This document shows positions 18,318 to 28,490 of a stretch of 64,000 nt of DNA, piece after piece (the stretch's first letter is position 1; every line of letters begins with the position of its first letter). Made by a program: the position numbers and the translations under genes. The notes under the pieces were generated by a model that saw only the letters and a list, made by a program, of their open reading frames with translations, made no database searches and was not told where the DNA came from. This DNA is from Spirochaetia bacterium (GTDB lineage: Bacteria > Spirochaetota > Spirochaetia > CAKZLE01). The DNA lies in assembly GCA_963677595.1 (NCBI GenBank), contig OY782041.1, positions 992,001 to 1,056,000 of the forward strand, in the 5' to 3' direction.

Positions 18318-19382
18318 ATGAAGAAGATAGATACCATAACACGGGAATCCTGGATCCTGTCGACCTTCCCGGAATGGGGCACCTGGCTCAACGAGGAGAT
18401 CGAGGAGACGGTCGTGGCACCCGGGACATTCTCCATGTGGTGGCTCGGCTGTACCGGCCTGTGGGTGAAGAGTGAGGGCAATGCCAACATCTGCATCGAC
18501 CTCTGGACCAAGACCGGGAAGAAGTCACAGAAAGACAAGCTCATGAAGCAGCAGCACCAGCACCAGAGAATGATCGGCTGCGTGGCACTGCAGCCGAACC
18601 TGCGGAACGTCCCCTGCGTGATAGACCCCTTCGCGATCAGGGAAGTGGACGCGATCCTCGCGACCCATGACCATGGCGACCATATAGACGAGAACGTGGC
18701 AGCGGCAGTCCTGCAGAACTGCGATGCTTCCGTCCCCTTCATCGGGCCGCAGGCCTGTGTGGACCTCTGGGTTTCCTGGGGAGTACCCGAGGAGCGATGC
18801 ATCGCCATGAAGCCCGGCGATTCGGTCACGATCAAGGATACCACCATCAAGGCCCTTGACTCCTTTGACCGCACCGAGCTCGTGACCGCACCGAAAGGCG
18901 TCACGCTGAAAGGCAAGATGCCCCAGGAGATGGACCGGCTGGCAGTCAACTATTACATAACGACCCCGGGAGGTTCTCTCTACCACAGCGGTGACTCCCA
19001 CTACTCCAATTATTATGCCAAGCACGGCAACGAGCACAAGATCGATGTGGCCCTCGGTTCTTTCGGCGAGAATCCGAGAGGCATGACTGACAAGATGACA
19101 GCTGTCGATATCCTCAGGATGGCAGAATGTCTCAATGCGAAAGTGGTAATCCCCATCCACCATGACATCTGGACGAACTTCCAGGCGGACCCGAAAGAGA
19201 TCCAGGTCCTCTGGGAGATGAAGAGGCACCGCCTCCAGTACGGGTTCAAACCCTTCATCTGGCAGGTCGGGGGGAAGTTCACCTGGCCGGACGACAAGGA
19301 CAGGATGGAATACAACTACGCCAGGGGCTTCGATGACGCATTCGCCATCGAGCCGGACCTGCCGTTCAAGTCCATGCTGTAG
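18318..19382 (+). CDS. ulaG: L-ascorbate-6-phosphate lactonase
   Basis: [24 protein letters not shown]-terminus, [16 protein letters not shown] and [10 protein letters not shown] match UlaG closely. Confidence 0.95.
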   Translation: MKKIDTITRESWILSTFPEWGTWLNEEIEETVVAPGTFSMWWLGCTGLWVKSEGNANICIDLWTKTGKKSQKDKLMKQQHQHQRMIGCVALQPNLRNVPCVIDPFAIREVDAILATHDHGDHIDENVAAAVLQNCDASVPFIGPQACVDLWVSWGVPEERCIAMKPGDSVTIKDTTIKALDSFDRTELVTAPKGVTLKGKMPQEMDRLAVNYYITTPGGSLYHSGDSHYSNYYAKHGNEHKIDVALGSFGENPRGMTDKMTAVDILRMAECLNAKVVIPIHHDIWTNFQADPKEIQVLWEMKRHRLQYGFKPFIWQVGGKFTWPDDKDRMEYNYARGFDDAFAIEPDLPFKSML

Positions 19383-19461
19383 GAATGCGGCATGCATGAA
19401 GAGGATTTACAATTTCATGAGATGGAATGTGAGTAAATACAGAGAGGAAAAGGAGAGAATT

Positions 19462-20433
19462 ATGAAGAAGAAGATTTTGTTGGCGTTAGTATTGGTACTC
19501 GCTGCATCGTTCAGCCTGATGGCTGCCGGGTCCCAGGAACAGGAAGAACAGCCGGCGTATCCGAAGAAGGATATCCAGTTCATCGTACCATTCCCGATCG
19601 GGGGATCCACAGGTACCCCTGCGCAGATCCTCATCAACTACCTTGATAAGGAATTCCCTGATGTAGATGTCGTCCTGAGTCAGATCACCGGTGCCGGCGG
19701 TTCTGTCGGTGCACGGTCAGTCATGGGTGAGAAACCTGACGGGTATACCTTCCTCATTGCTGTCCCGGGCTTCAGCGTCCAGAAGGTCCTGGCTGACCTT
19801 GACTTCACCTTCAGGGATTTCGAGCAGGTAGCAGCATACGGAAGCGCAGAGCAGGTGCTCGTCGTCCGTGGCAACTCGGACTACAAGAGCTTCGATGACC
19901 TGCTGGCTGCAGCCAAGAAGAACCCCGGCAAGCTCAACGTAGGGGCTCCTACCGGTACATCACTGCAGATGGCTACCCTTGCGATCGAGGCAGAGATGGG
20001 CGTTGACTTTAACATCGTCGATATCGGCGGCGTCTCAGTCAAGCCACCAGAGCTGCTCAGTGGAAGGGTCGAGGCGTACATCGACTCAACCGCAAAGACC
20101 ATCCCCTACATCGAATCGGGTGATTTCCGGGCCGCAGGCCTCTGGGGCATTGAACGAAGCCCGTTCCTCCCCGACGTCGCTGCCCTGAATGAGTCAGGCT
20201 TCGATATGATGCTCGAAGAGGTACAGGGTGTATGGGCTCCGAAAGACACTCCTGAGTACATCCTCGAGGCTATGGCAGATGCGATCAAGACGGTCACCTC
20301 CAACCCTGAGTTCGTCAAGGAGTTCGAGGGCAAGGGCTTTACCAAGGTCTCGTACAAGGACCGTGCAAGCTATATCAAGTTCCTGGAAGAATATGAAGCA
20401 ACCTGTGTGGAAGTCGCAGAGAAACTGATGTAA
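19462..20433 (+). CDS. tctC: Tripartite tricarboxylate transporter substrate-binding protein
   Basis: Signal peptide, YPKKDIQFIVPF..GG, GAGGSVG, PDGYT, APKDTP; start at ATG 19462 (AAGGAG RBS). Confidence 0.9.
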   Translation: MKKKILLALVLVLAASFSLMAAGSQEQEEQPAYPKKDIQFIVPFPIGGSTGTPAQILINYLDKEFPDVDVVLSQITGAGGSVGARSVMGEKPDGYTFLIAVPGFSVQKVLADLDFTFRDFEQVAAYGSAEQVLVVRGNSDYKSFDDLLAAAKKNPGKLNVGAPTGTSLQMATLAIEAEMGVDFNIVDIGGVSVKPPELLSGRVEAYIDSTAKTIPYIESGDFRAAGLWGIERSPFLPDVAALNESGFDMMLEEVQGVWAPKDTPEYILEAMADAIKTVTSNPEFVKEFEGKGFTKVSYKDRASYIKFLEEYEATCVEVAEKLM

Positions 20434-20447
20434 ATTATGAGAGGGTG

Positions 20448-20483
20448 ATGCAAAGCTTTGGCAGCAATACCAAAGCTTTGCAT
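20448..20483 (+). terminator. 14-bp perfect hairpin between tctC and tctB (partial terminator or mRNA stabiliser)
   Basis: ATGCAAAGCTTTGG-N8-CCAAAGCTTTGCAT. Confidence 0.6.
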
Positions 20484-20500
20484 GCATCCAAGAGGTTATT

Positions 20501-20968
20501 ATGGAAATACTATTTCTGGGGATACTGTTCATCATCTCGGGTATCCTGTTCATTCAAACACTATCATATTCAGTCCCCTCGTATGACACGTCTGGAGGGC
20601 CTGCGTTGTTCCCGCAATACATCCTGATTCTCATGATGATCTCTATTGTGGTACTGATCATCCAGCTGCTTAAGAACAAGTCAGGCAAGGAGTTCGTCTT
20701 CCTGAATCTCTTCAGAGGCCTGCGGGGGATGTTCCTCCTGACTATCGTGCTGTATCTCATTGCCTTGAAGTTCTTCGGGTTCTTCATTGCCACCGCGATA
20801 TTCCTGGTATTCACCGTAAATTATCTTACGAATGAGTATACGTCATCCATCGGCACCGTGAAGCAGGTCATCATCCGGTCTGTCTTCCTGGTCGCATTCA
20901 CTGCTGCAATCTATTTCCTCTTCGGAGATATCTTCAAGATCATGCTGCCGAAAGCTTCGCTATTCTAG
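20501..20968 (+). CDS. tctB: Tripartite tricarboxylate transporter small membrane subunit
   Basis: 4-5 TM segments, GPALFP, GFFIAT, F...LP tail; sits between tctC and tctA. Confidence 0.88.
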   Translation: MEILFLGILFIISGILFIQTLSYSVPSYDTSGGPALFPQYILILMMISIVVLIIQLLKNKSGKEFVFLNLFRGLRGMFLLTIVLYLIALKFFGFFIATAIFLVFTVNYLTNEYTSSIGTVKQVIIRSVFLVAFTAAIYFLFGDIFKIMLPKASLF

Positions 20969-20986
20969 ACGGCATCGAGGTGTAAA

Positions 20987-22492
20987 ATGATTGATATTTT
21001 ATTAAGTGTTATAAATCCTTTGACAATACTTGTGATGGCTGCCGGGGTAGCATACGGGATTATCTTCGGGGCAATCCCGGGTCTCTCCTCCAGTGTGGCT
21101 GTTGCCTTGATCATACCATTGACCTACGGGTTCGATTCCCTGCTGGCGATCTCATTGATGGTTGCCGTATACGTAGGCGGGGTATCAGGGGGGCTGATCT
21201 CAGCTATTCTCCTGAGAATCCCGGGCACCCCGTCTTCCATCGTGACGACGTTCGACGGGTACCCTCTCGGCCAGCAGGGGAAAGCCGGCCAGGCCATAGG
21301 CTTAGCTATCTTCTCATCTGTGATCGGCGGGCTTATCGGGGCATTCTTCCTCATAACCCTTTCTCCGCTCCTGGCGAAAGTCACCATCATCTTCAGCCCG
21401 TTCGACTATTTCGGCATCACCGTATTCTCGCTGAGTCTCGTCTGCATGCTGTTGGGTGAGAATGCTGTGAAGGGGCTGATCACCACACTGATCGGGCTGA
21501 CGTTATCGTTCTTCGGGACCAGCCCCATCGACGGCAAGCCGAGGTTCACCTTCGGGAACCACAACCTCGACAACGGTTTCAACGTGATCGTGGTCATCAT
21601 CGGAGTCTTTGCGATCTCCGAGATGCTGAACTCCGTCCTCAAGGGCGGGGATAAGAGCAAGGAGACCTCCTTCTCGAAGAAGCAGGGATTCTTCCCGTCC
21701 CTCTCAAAGATCAAGTTCCATGCAGTGAACATGGTCCGTTCCGGACTGATCGGGACGGCTTTAGGTATCCTTCCCGGTCTGAGCGGGCCGGAGGCTGCCC
21801 TGATCTCCTACTCGAGGGCACAGAAACGGTCCAAGGAACCCGAGAAGTTCGGCCATGGCAGTGAGGAGGGCCTCGTTGCATCCGAAGCATCGAACAATGC
21901 CGTCGCAGGGGGAGCTCTCATCCCTATGCTCGCTCTCGGTATCCCAGGAAACGCCGTTGCCGCCGTCATCATGGGAGGGTTCATCGTCCATGGGGTCCAG
22001 GTGGGACCGATGCTCTTCACCAACAGCCCCAACCTGGTCCGGGGGATCATGATCGCCTTCTTCGTCGCGAACATCCTGATGCTCCTCATCGAGTCCTTCG
22101 CGATCAAGGGATTCGTCAAGATCCTCTCCGTTCCCAAACAGTATCTCTATCCTATCATCATCATGTTCTGCGTCATCGGCGTCAACAGCGTGAACAACCG
22201 GTTCTTCGATGCGATCCTGATGCTGGGATTCGGGATCCTCGGGTACATCCTCGAGAAGAACAAGTATCCGCTCGGCCCACTGGTATTGGGCTTCATCCTT
22301 GGAAGCATCATCGAGCTGAACTACAGAAGGGCGATCATGTACCATGGGACCTTTGCCAATATCGTGACGAGTGAATTCACCATCGGGACGGTATTCATCA
22401 TCCTGGCAGCCATCCTGCTGTTCATGAACTTCGTCATGCCGATCATCAAAGGTGCGAACAAGAAGAAGACCGTATCAGATACGGAAAAATAA
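20987..22492 (+). CDS. tctA: Tripartite tricarboxylate transporter large membrane subunit
   Basis: GAIPGL, IPGTP...T.FDGYP, EASNNA, LGIPG. Confidence 0.94.
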   Translation: MIDILLSVINPLTILVMAAGVAYGIIFGAIPGLSSSVAVALIIPLTYGFDSLLAISLMVAVYVGGVSGGLISAILLRIPGTPSSIVTTFDGYPLGQQGKAGQAIGLAIFSSVIGGLIGAFFLITLSPLLAKVTIIFSPFDYFGITVFSLSLVCMLLGENAVKGLITTLIGLTLSFFGTSPIDGKPRFTFGNHNLDNGFNVIVVIIGVFAISEMLNSVLKGGDKSKETSFSKKQGFFPSLSKIKFHAVNMVRSGLIGTALGILPGLSGPEAALISYSRAQKRSKEPEKFGHGSEEGLVASEASNNAVAGGALIPMLALGIPGNAVAAVIMGGFIVHGVQVGPMLFTNSPNLVRGIMIAFFVANILMLLIESFAIKGFVKILSVPKQYLYPIIIMFCVIGVNSVNNRFFDAILMLGFGILGYILEKNKYPLGPLVLGFILGSIIELNYRRAIMYHGTFANIVTSEFTIGTVFIILAAILLFMNFVMPIIKGANKKKTVSDTEK

Positions 22493-22510
22493 TATAAAGG
22501 ATTTATCGTA

Positions 22511-24004
22511 ATGAAAGCCATACTGGTCATGATGGATAGTCTCAACAGGGAGTATCTTGAAACCTACAACGAAGACACACATGTGAAGTCACCGAACCTC
22601 CTGCAATTCTCGAAGGAGTCACGGGTCTTCACCAACCACTACATCGGTTCAGCACCCTGCATGCCGGCACGGCGGGACCTCCTCACCGGGAGACTCAACT
22701 TCCTGGAACGCGGATGGGGACCGGTCGAGGCATATGACACCACGATCAATTCCCTCATGAAGAAGAACAATATCTATTCTCATATCGTCTCCGATCATTG
22801 TCACTACATGGACCGGGGCGGAGAGAACTACCTGCAGGAATACAACACCTGGGACTACATCCGGGGGCAGGAGTATGACCCATGGGTCTCTCAGGTAACC
22901 CAGCCGGTGAAGGAGGACCACTATGGGGTCATCTTCACCCAGTACGAACTGAACAGGACTGCTTTCAAGACGGAGGAGGATTACCCTACCCCCAGGACGT
23001 TCACGGCTGCCTGCGAATGGCTAGAGAAGAACAAGGATGAAGATGACTTCTTCCTTCAGGTCGAGGTGTTCGACCCGCATGAACCCTTCGACACCCCCCA
23101 GAAATACCTCGATATGTACGACGACCACTATGACGGCCTGCGGTTCGACTGTTCTACCTACGATGCAGTCACCGAACCCGCAGATGCGATAGAGCACCTG
23201 CAGAAACGGTATTCTGCCAGTGTGACCATGACTGATGCCTGGTTCGGGAAGTTCATCGACAAGGTCAAGGAACTCGGGCTGTACGATGACACCATGATCA
23301 TCGTCACCACCGACCATGGCCACCTGCTGGGCGAACACGGGTTCACCGGCAAGAACTACATGCACGGCTATAACCGGCTCACGAACATCCCGAGCATGAT
23401 ACGCTTCCCCGGCATCGACAACTCCGGGCAGCGCGAGGATTGCCTCTCCCAGCTCATTGACCTCTCTGTGACCCTGCTCGATTACTTCAACATCGAGAAG
23501 ACTGAGACCATGCAGGGGGAATCCCTGATCCCGGTTCTCACTGGCGAGACAGATACAGCAAGAGAAGAGATCCTGTACGGCTGGTTCGGTGGGACCATCA
23601 ATGTCTACGACGGGAAGTATACCTACTTCAGGGCACCGAAGAGGGAAGACAACATGCCGCTCTACCACTACTGTTCCACGCCAACCACCCTGTTGAAGTT
23701 TCTTGGGCCCGATGTCGCAGATGAGATCGAGACGGGCAGGTACCTCCCCTACACGAACTTCCCGGTATACAAGATCCCGGGATACTTCCCGATCGGGGGG
23801 CATTTCAAGTCAACGAAGTACATCCGTGACACCCTGCTGTTCGACCGGGATTCCGATTACTACCAGGAGCACCCCATCAAGGATGAGGAGATCGAGAAAT
23901 CGATGGCCTCCAAGCTGGTCAAGCTGATGCTTGAGGCAGACTCCCCAGAAGAGCAGTTCGTCAGGGTCGGGCTGGAAGAGGAGCTTGCAGCCTACTCTGG
24001 ATAA
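22511..24004 (+). CDS. Cys-type formylglycine-dependent sulfatase (cytoplasmic)
   Basis: MMDSL, CMPARRDLLTG (CxPxR), DPHEPF, TDHG...GEHG..GK; no signal peptide. Confidence 0.92.
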   Translation: MKAILVMMDSLNREYLETYNEDTHVKSPNLLQFSKESRVFTNHYIGSAPCMPARRDLLTGRLNFLERGWGPVEAYDTTINSLMKKNNIYSHIVSDHCHYMDRGGENYLQEYNTWDYIRGQEYDPWVSQVTQPVKEDHYGVIFTQYELNRTAFKTEEDYPTPRTFTAACEWLEKNKDEDDFFLQVEVFDPHEPFDTPQKYLDMYDDHYDGLRFDCSTYDAVTEPADAIEHLQKRYSASVTMTDAWFGKFIDKVKELGLYDDTMIIVTTDHGHLLGEHGFTGKNYMHGYNRLTNIPSMIRFPGIDNSGQREDCLSQLIDLSVTLLDYFNIEKTETMQGESLIPVLTGETDTAREEILYGWFGGTINVYDGKYTYFRAPKREDNMPLYHYCSTPTTLLKFLGPDVADEIETGRYLPYTNFPVYKIPGYFPIGGHFKSTKYIRDTLLFDRDSDYYQEHPIKDEEIEKSMASKLVKLMLEADSPEEQFVRVGLEEELAAYSG

Positions 24005-24089
24005 CCCCTACGATATGGTCTAGTAAGAACCCCCCGGGTGCATAACCCGGTGGTTCTTTCGGTAAGCCGACAATCTTCGGAAGGTGTAT

Positions 24090-25127
24090 TCAGAACAGCT
24101 GCACTGCTGATGTCTTGAAAACGGCGAAGACTCTGGCTCCCTTAGCAAGTTGCATCTGCTCGAACGAGCGTTCTGTTACGACAGCCTTCAGGGAGATCCC
24201 GGCAGGGGATCCGCACTCCACATGGAGCAGCACTCCCCGATCTCCTAGATGATTGACCTTAGCAATAATACCGCTGAAGCTGTTCATGGCACTGCTCTCA
24301 AGCGGCTGGCTCGACAGGATGATATCACTGCTGCGTACCACTGCAGTCGTGACCGTCTCAGGAGCATGGACCACTTTCAAGTCGATCGGGGGATCAGTCC
24401 CCTCAACCTGAAAGTAACTGAAATACTCATCTCGCTTCCATATCTTTCCCCGGAATCCCGAATAATCCATAGGAACCGACTTCCCATGCTCCATATGCCA
24501 GATGACGTCGGCAAGCCTGAAGGCGAATTCCTTGTTATGGGTGGCGATGATGACAGCCTTACCCTGATGCTTCAACTGCAGGACCTGCTTCTCCAGCTGG
24601 AGAATGCTTTTCTCATCAAGGTGCGCAGTCGGTTCATCCAACAGGATGATCTCTCGGTCAGCAAGCAGTGCACCGGCTATAGCCACCCGCTTCTTTTCCC
24701 CCCCTGAGAGTTTATGTACTGAACGTCCACTGAGCTCTGCCAGCCTCATCTCAGAGAGGACTACAGTGATCCGTTCATTGAGCCCTGTCTTGCCCCCGGT
24801 TTGCTTCCTGAGCCCGGGAAGGAGCTTTGCAAGGCTCTGCTCGACCGTCCCGGTCAGGAGGTAGGGGCTCTGGTGAATATAGAGGAGGTCATCAGGCCAG
24901 GAGACCTGCCGGTCCCCAGCCTCGGTATGTACGGTTATGGTCCCGCTGCCGACCTCCAGGATCCCGGCTAGGAGCTTCAAGAGGGTCGTCTTCCCCGTTC
25001 CATTTGCCCCGAGCAGGACAGAGACCTGGCTGGAGTGGAACTCCATCGCGGGGATATCGACCACAGGATTCTCTACCTGGTAGGAGAATGTGACTGCATC
25101 TACTCGCAAGATGAATTCATCGTTCAT
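24090..25127 (-). CDS. tupC: Tungstate ABC transporter ATPase with C-terminal TOBE domain
   Basis: GANGTGKT, LSGGE, LLDEPT; TOBE-like SSAMNSFSG...AVFKTSAV. Confidence 0.85.
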   Translation of the reverse strand: MNDEFILRVDAVTFSYQVENPVVDIPAMEFHSSQVSVLLGANGTGKTTLLKLLAGILEVGSGTITVHTEAGDRQVSWPDDLLYIHQSPYLLTGTVEQSLAKLLPGLRKQTGGKTGLNERITVVLSEMRLAELSGRSVHKLSGGEKKRVAIAGALLADREIILLDEPTAHLDEKSILQLEKQVLQLKHQGKAVIIATHNKEFAFRLADVIWHMEHGKSVPMDYSGFRGKIWKRDEYFSYFQVEGTDPPIDLKVVHAPETVTTAVVRSSDIILSSQPLESSAMNSFSGIIAKVNHLGDRGVLLHVECGSPAGISLKAVVTERSFEQMQLAKGARVFAVFKTSAVQLF

Positions 25128-25800
25128 GCTTCACCCCGGCGTTGAGCAGGATATTGATTCCGAGGGAGATGATGATCAGCACGATACCGAGGGCAAGTCC
25201 CTGCTCGAAATTTCCCTTACTGGTCTCAAGTGCTATGGATGTGGTGATCGTTCGGGTATACCACCGAATATTCCCCCCGAGCATCATGGATACCCCGACC
25301 TCCCCGATCACCCGGCCGAACCCGGAGACCACTGCCAGCAGGATCTGCAGGCGTACCTCCCGCATGATGATGCTGAATCGTCTGATACCGGAGATCCGGT
25401 ACGTACGGAGCGTCTCAGACAGGGTGGGATCGATGGACTGGATCACACTCGTCGTCATTGAGGTGATGATTGGGATGATCAGGATGGTCTGGCCGATGAT
25501 GATGGCAGCAGGACTGAAGAGCAGTCCCAAGCTGCCGAACACGCCAGATCGAGAGAGGAATGAGTAGACGAAGAGTCCGACGACGACCGTAGGTATTGCC
25601 ATCAGGCTTCTCATCACAACCTGCAGCCACCTGGCTGCACGACGGTGCGAGAACCCCAGCAGGATACCCAGCGGTATGGAGAGCATGGAGGCCAGGATCG
25701 TCGAGATCCCGGCCAGACGAACTGAGACTGATACTATCAGGTAGATCTCATGGTCGAATGAGAAGAGTAACTCCAGGGCGTGTCCCAGTGCTGAATCCAT
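25117..25800 (-). CDS. tupB: Tungstate ABC transporter permease
   Basis: PTVVVGL, FGRVIGEVG...LGGNI...TRTITTSIALETSKG. Confidence 0.92.
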   Translation of the reverse strand: MDSALGHALELLFSFDHEIYLIVSVSVRLAGISTILASMLSIPLGILLGFSHRRAARWLQVVMRSLMAIPTVVVGLFVYSFLSRSGVFGSLGLLFSPAAIIIGQTILIIPIITSMTTSVIQSIDPTLSETLRTYRISGIRRFSIIMREVRLQILLAVVSGFGRVIGEVGVSMMLGGNIRWYTRTITTSIALETSKGNFEQGLALGIVLIIISLGINILLNAGVKHER

Positions 25801-25813
25801 GCCGTCCTACAGG

Positions 25814-26683
25814 TTATTTCAATTGTGATGCTGCAATCGCATCAGGATAGAAGAGTTGCTCTCCTCCCTTGGTGAAATCCTTGATAGCCTGCTGTCCCGT
25901 GATGGACGTGAAGAAGGCAACAAGCTGCATGGCTGCTTCATACTTCACGTGGGGATATACCGATGGATTCACCGCGATGATCCCGTACGGGTTGAAGAGT
26001 CTGGAATCACCCTCGACCACGACGGAAAGATCGATAGAATCCTTCATAGCAATATAGGTCCCGCGGTCAGCGATGGTATAGCCCTGCATGTCATCGGTCA
26101 TGGTGATGACCGCACCCATGCCCTGTCCTGCTTCTCGGTACCAGGCGCCTTCCGGCTTGATCGATACCGAGTCCCAAAGCGAGAGTTCCTTGACATGCGT
26201 ACCTGAGTTGTCTCCGCGAGAGACAAAGATACTCTTTGTCGAAGCAACCTTCTTCAGAGCTTCACCGGCATCAGCCATCCCCTTGATACCGGCAGGATCA
26301 CTTGCCGGACCGAGGATGATGAAGTCATTATGCATGACATCTCGACGGTTCACCCCGTAGCCGTCAGCGACGAAGGCATCCTCGAGCGTCCGGGCATGAA
26401 CGAGGATGATATCGACGTCCCCCTTCGCACCAAGTGCGATTGCGTTACCGGTACCGGCCGCGATGACATCCACACCGATCCCTGTCTGCTCCTCAAAGAT
26501 AGGCAGAACTGCGCCAAACAGTCCGGAGTTGTCGGTACTGGTGGTGGAAGCTAAGAGGATTCGCACCTGTTCGGTCGAATTTGCAGTTGCCGGCTGTTCT
26601 GATTGTCCCTCTGCTGTGATCAACATCGCAGAGAACAGGATGGCGACCCCTATCAATAGGGTCTTCTTGATAATTGAGTTCAT
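25814..26683 (-). CDS. tupA: Tungstate ABC transporter substrate-binding protein
   Basis: TupA signatures STTSTDNSGL, GTG.A, VHA, SRGDNSGTH, DRGT, NPY. Confidence 0.94.
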   Translation of the reverse strand: MNSIIKKTLLIGVAILFSAMLITAEGQSEQPATANSTEQVRILLASTTSTDNSGLFGAVLPIFEEQTGIGVDVIAAGTGNAIALGAKGDVDIILVHARTLEDAFVADGYGVNRRDVMHNDFIILGPASDPAGIKGMADAGEALKKVASTKSIFVSRGDNSGTHVKELSLWDSVSIKPEGAWYREAGQGMGAVITMTDDMQGYTIADRGTYIAMKDSIDLSVVVEGDSRLFNPYGIIAVNPSVYPHVKYEAAMQLVAFFTSITGQQAIKDFTKGGEQLFYPDAIAASQLK

Positions 26684-26684
26684 G

Positions 26685-26786
26685 GTGTCTCCTTTTCAAT
26701 GGTGGAAGGGCCCGCCGTTTCCCGCTGACCCCTGTCGGCCTCATGCCCTACCCTGGTGCTTAGGCATTTCGGCTCGGATACACATT
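26685..26786 (-). ncRNA. Moco/Tuco RNA motif (riboswitch candidate), P3-less variant
   Basis: Minus strand GTGTATCCGAGC...CCTAAG...AGGC.GACAGGG...GGAAAC...GCCCTTCC...GAAAAGGAGACAC-C-ATG; the P1 stem pairs with the tupA RBS. Confidence 0.82.
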
Positions 26787-26885
26787 TGTATTGTACAGAC
26801 ATACGCCTGCCACCCGTATCATACCCTCAGAATGCTTATTTTGACAACAGATAACTTACAAAAAAATTATGAATTATCTGAATAC

Positions 26886-27518
26886 TCAAACCCTTCCCAG
26901 CTTGCTGCGGGCATACTGTTCCATGGCCTCCAGGTCGGGAAAGCCCATGGAACGGGCTGTCTCTGCCAGGACCAATTCCGGGTAATTTTTCCCCTGTACA
27001 TCGAGCTCTAACAGAAACTGCCTGTAGGCTTCAAGCAGCTCGACGGGGTAGGTCATGAGTTCGCCCCTTAGGTAGGTCTCTACTGAGGTGCTGTCTTTCG
27101 TGTCCTCTGTGCTCTCCCGGGCTCTACCGAATACTTCGATCGCGGGATACTTCGCATCGAGTTCCTTCTTCCACCTGATATGGAGCCGGATGCATACCTC
27201 GACGAGCTCCTCGGCTTCCGGGCTGACTGCCGGCAGCTGAGATTCCATCGCAGCATACTCCTCCGGGTAGGTGAACTTCATCATGTAGGCATACTTCTCC
27301 GTGATGATGTTCCTGCCGGAATCCTTTGCTTCTGCAGCAAACGCAAGATACCGGGAGAGAAGGTCTAGAGGCCAAGGAGCGAACTGGCTCCTCCTCATGA
27401 CCTCGAACCCAGGCCTGTCACTCTGGCAGGAGGGATCCGGGGTGAGCGATTTCACTTCAGAGAACATCTCCCACTCAACTCCCACGATCTTGCTGATTAC
27501 TTCTTCTCTCTCGTCCAT
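26886..27518 (-). CDS. DUF4125 family protein
   Basis: EWEMF, CQ...F..MR.SQF, GRN..TEKYAYMM, TS.ETYLRGEL.TY. Confidence 0.85.
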   Translation of the reverse strand: MDEREEVISKIVGVEWEMFSEVKSLTPDPSCQSDRPGFEVMRRSQFAPWPLDLLSRYLAFAAEAKDSGRNIITEKYAYMMKFTYPEEYAAMESQLPAVSPEAEELVEVCIRLHIRWKKELDAKYPAIEVFGRARESTEDTKDSTSVETYLRGELMTYPVELLEAYRQFLLELDVQGKNYPELVLAETARSMGFPDLEAMEQYARSKLGRV

Positions 27519-27521
27519 ACC

Positions 27522-28490
27522 CTACCCCAATAGTATCGGGAGATCCCGTATCTCGGGATCGGTGATACGGCTGTTGATGATCGGCCCATGGTCCAGGATG
27601 AAATCACTGGGAATCTCTGACAGCCCTTCCTCGCGAAACTCCCTGATGATCAGGCTGGATAGCTTCTCTATCAGGTTGACATCGTCAATCCAGTTCTGGT
27701 GTTGTGATACTCCGGACCTGTCCGCACAGAGAGCCGTGATGATTGCATGACTCTCTGCACCGAGGACCTGTAGTTCCTTCACTCCCCTGTGGACCCATTT
27801 GTAGAAGGGCTTGTACTTGTGGTTCAGGAGATAGATGATCGAGGCGGCAGCCTCGATGAACCGTGCCTTGGCAAGGAATGCCGCAGTCTTCTCACCACGC
27901 CGCAGGGAACGGTCATAGTTGTACTGCCCAGTCTGCCCGGCAATGAAGCAGTACTGCGCCATCTTCTTCATCCGTACATCCTCAGGATAGCCCTGTTTCA
28001 GATAGGTCCGGTAGGCAGTGAACTCACCAGCAGGATCGGTGAATACCTCTCCATTCACTGCCGTGGCGAGCCGCTCCTCCGGGATCGGCAACCACTGTGC
28101 ATCAGGGATCGGTTGTATAGAGGTGCCGATGAGTCTCTCGTAAAACATTCCTGTCTCGAAGACTCCCAGCCGGAAATCCACACGCGGCCCACTAAGAAGG
28201 GTCCTGAATCCTTTGAACTCCCAGGGAAGCTGCTCGTAGAGCTCCTGCAGCTGCTGCCCAACTACAGGGAGATCCTCCTTGCTGAGCCAGATACAGAACC
28301 CCGGACCCCAGTCATGGTCCCGTGAGACCACGTCATCATAGCCAAAGCAGGCCGAACCCTCCCCGACAAGACCGACAGCGATGCGGTCGACATGCTCGGG
28401 GAACCCTTGACGGATCAATGGCTCAGCAACCTCTGTATAGAACAATCGGGAAAGTTCCATCCCATTCAAAGATCCTGAATCTGCACTCAT
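27522..28490 (-). CDS. DUF4037 domain protein (nucleotidyltransferase-like)
   Basis: GLVGEGS.CFGYDD..SRDHDWGPGF, NGEVF.DP.GEF, GQYNY, PFYKW; start at ATG 28490. Confidence 0.85.
   Translation of the reverse strand: MSADSGSLNGMELSRLFYTEVAEPLIRQGFPEHVDRIAVGLVGEGSACFGYDDVVSRDHDWGPGFCIWLSKEDLPVVGQQLQELYEQLPWEFKGFRTLLSGPRVDFRLGVFETGMFYERLIGTSIQPIPDAQWLPIPEERLATAVNGEVFTDPAGEFTAYRTYLKQGYPEDVRMKKMAQYCFIAGQTGQYNYDRSLRRGEKTAAFLAKARFIEAAASIIYLLNHKYKPFYKWVHRGVKELQVLGAESHAIITALCADRSGVSQHQNWIDDVNLIEKLSSLIIREFREEGLSEIPSDFILDHGPIINSRITDPEIRDLPILLG

Noticed and set aside
24025-24060. CCCGGGT-containing hairpins here and near 29720 and 47970 as a REP family
   Set aside because: Similarity is limited to a short GC-rich core; ordinary terminators explain them
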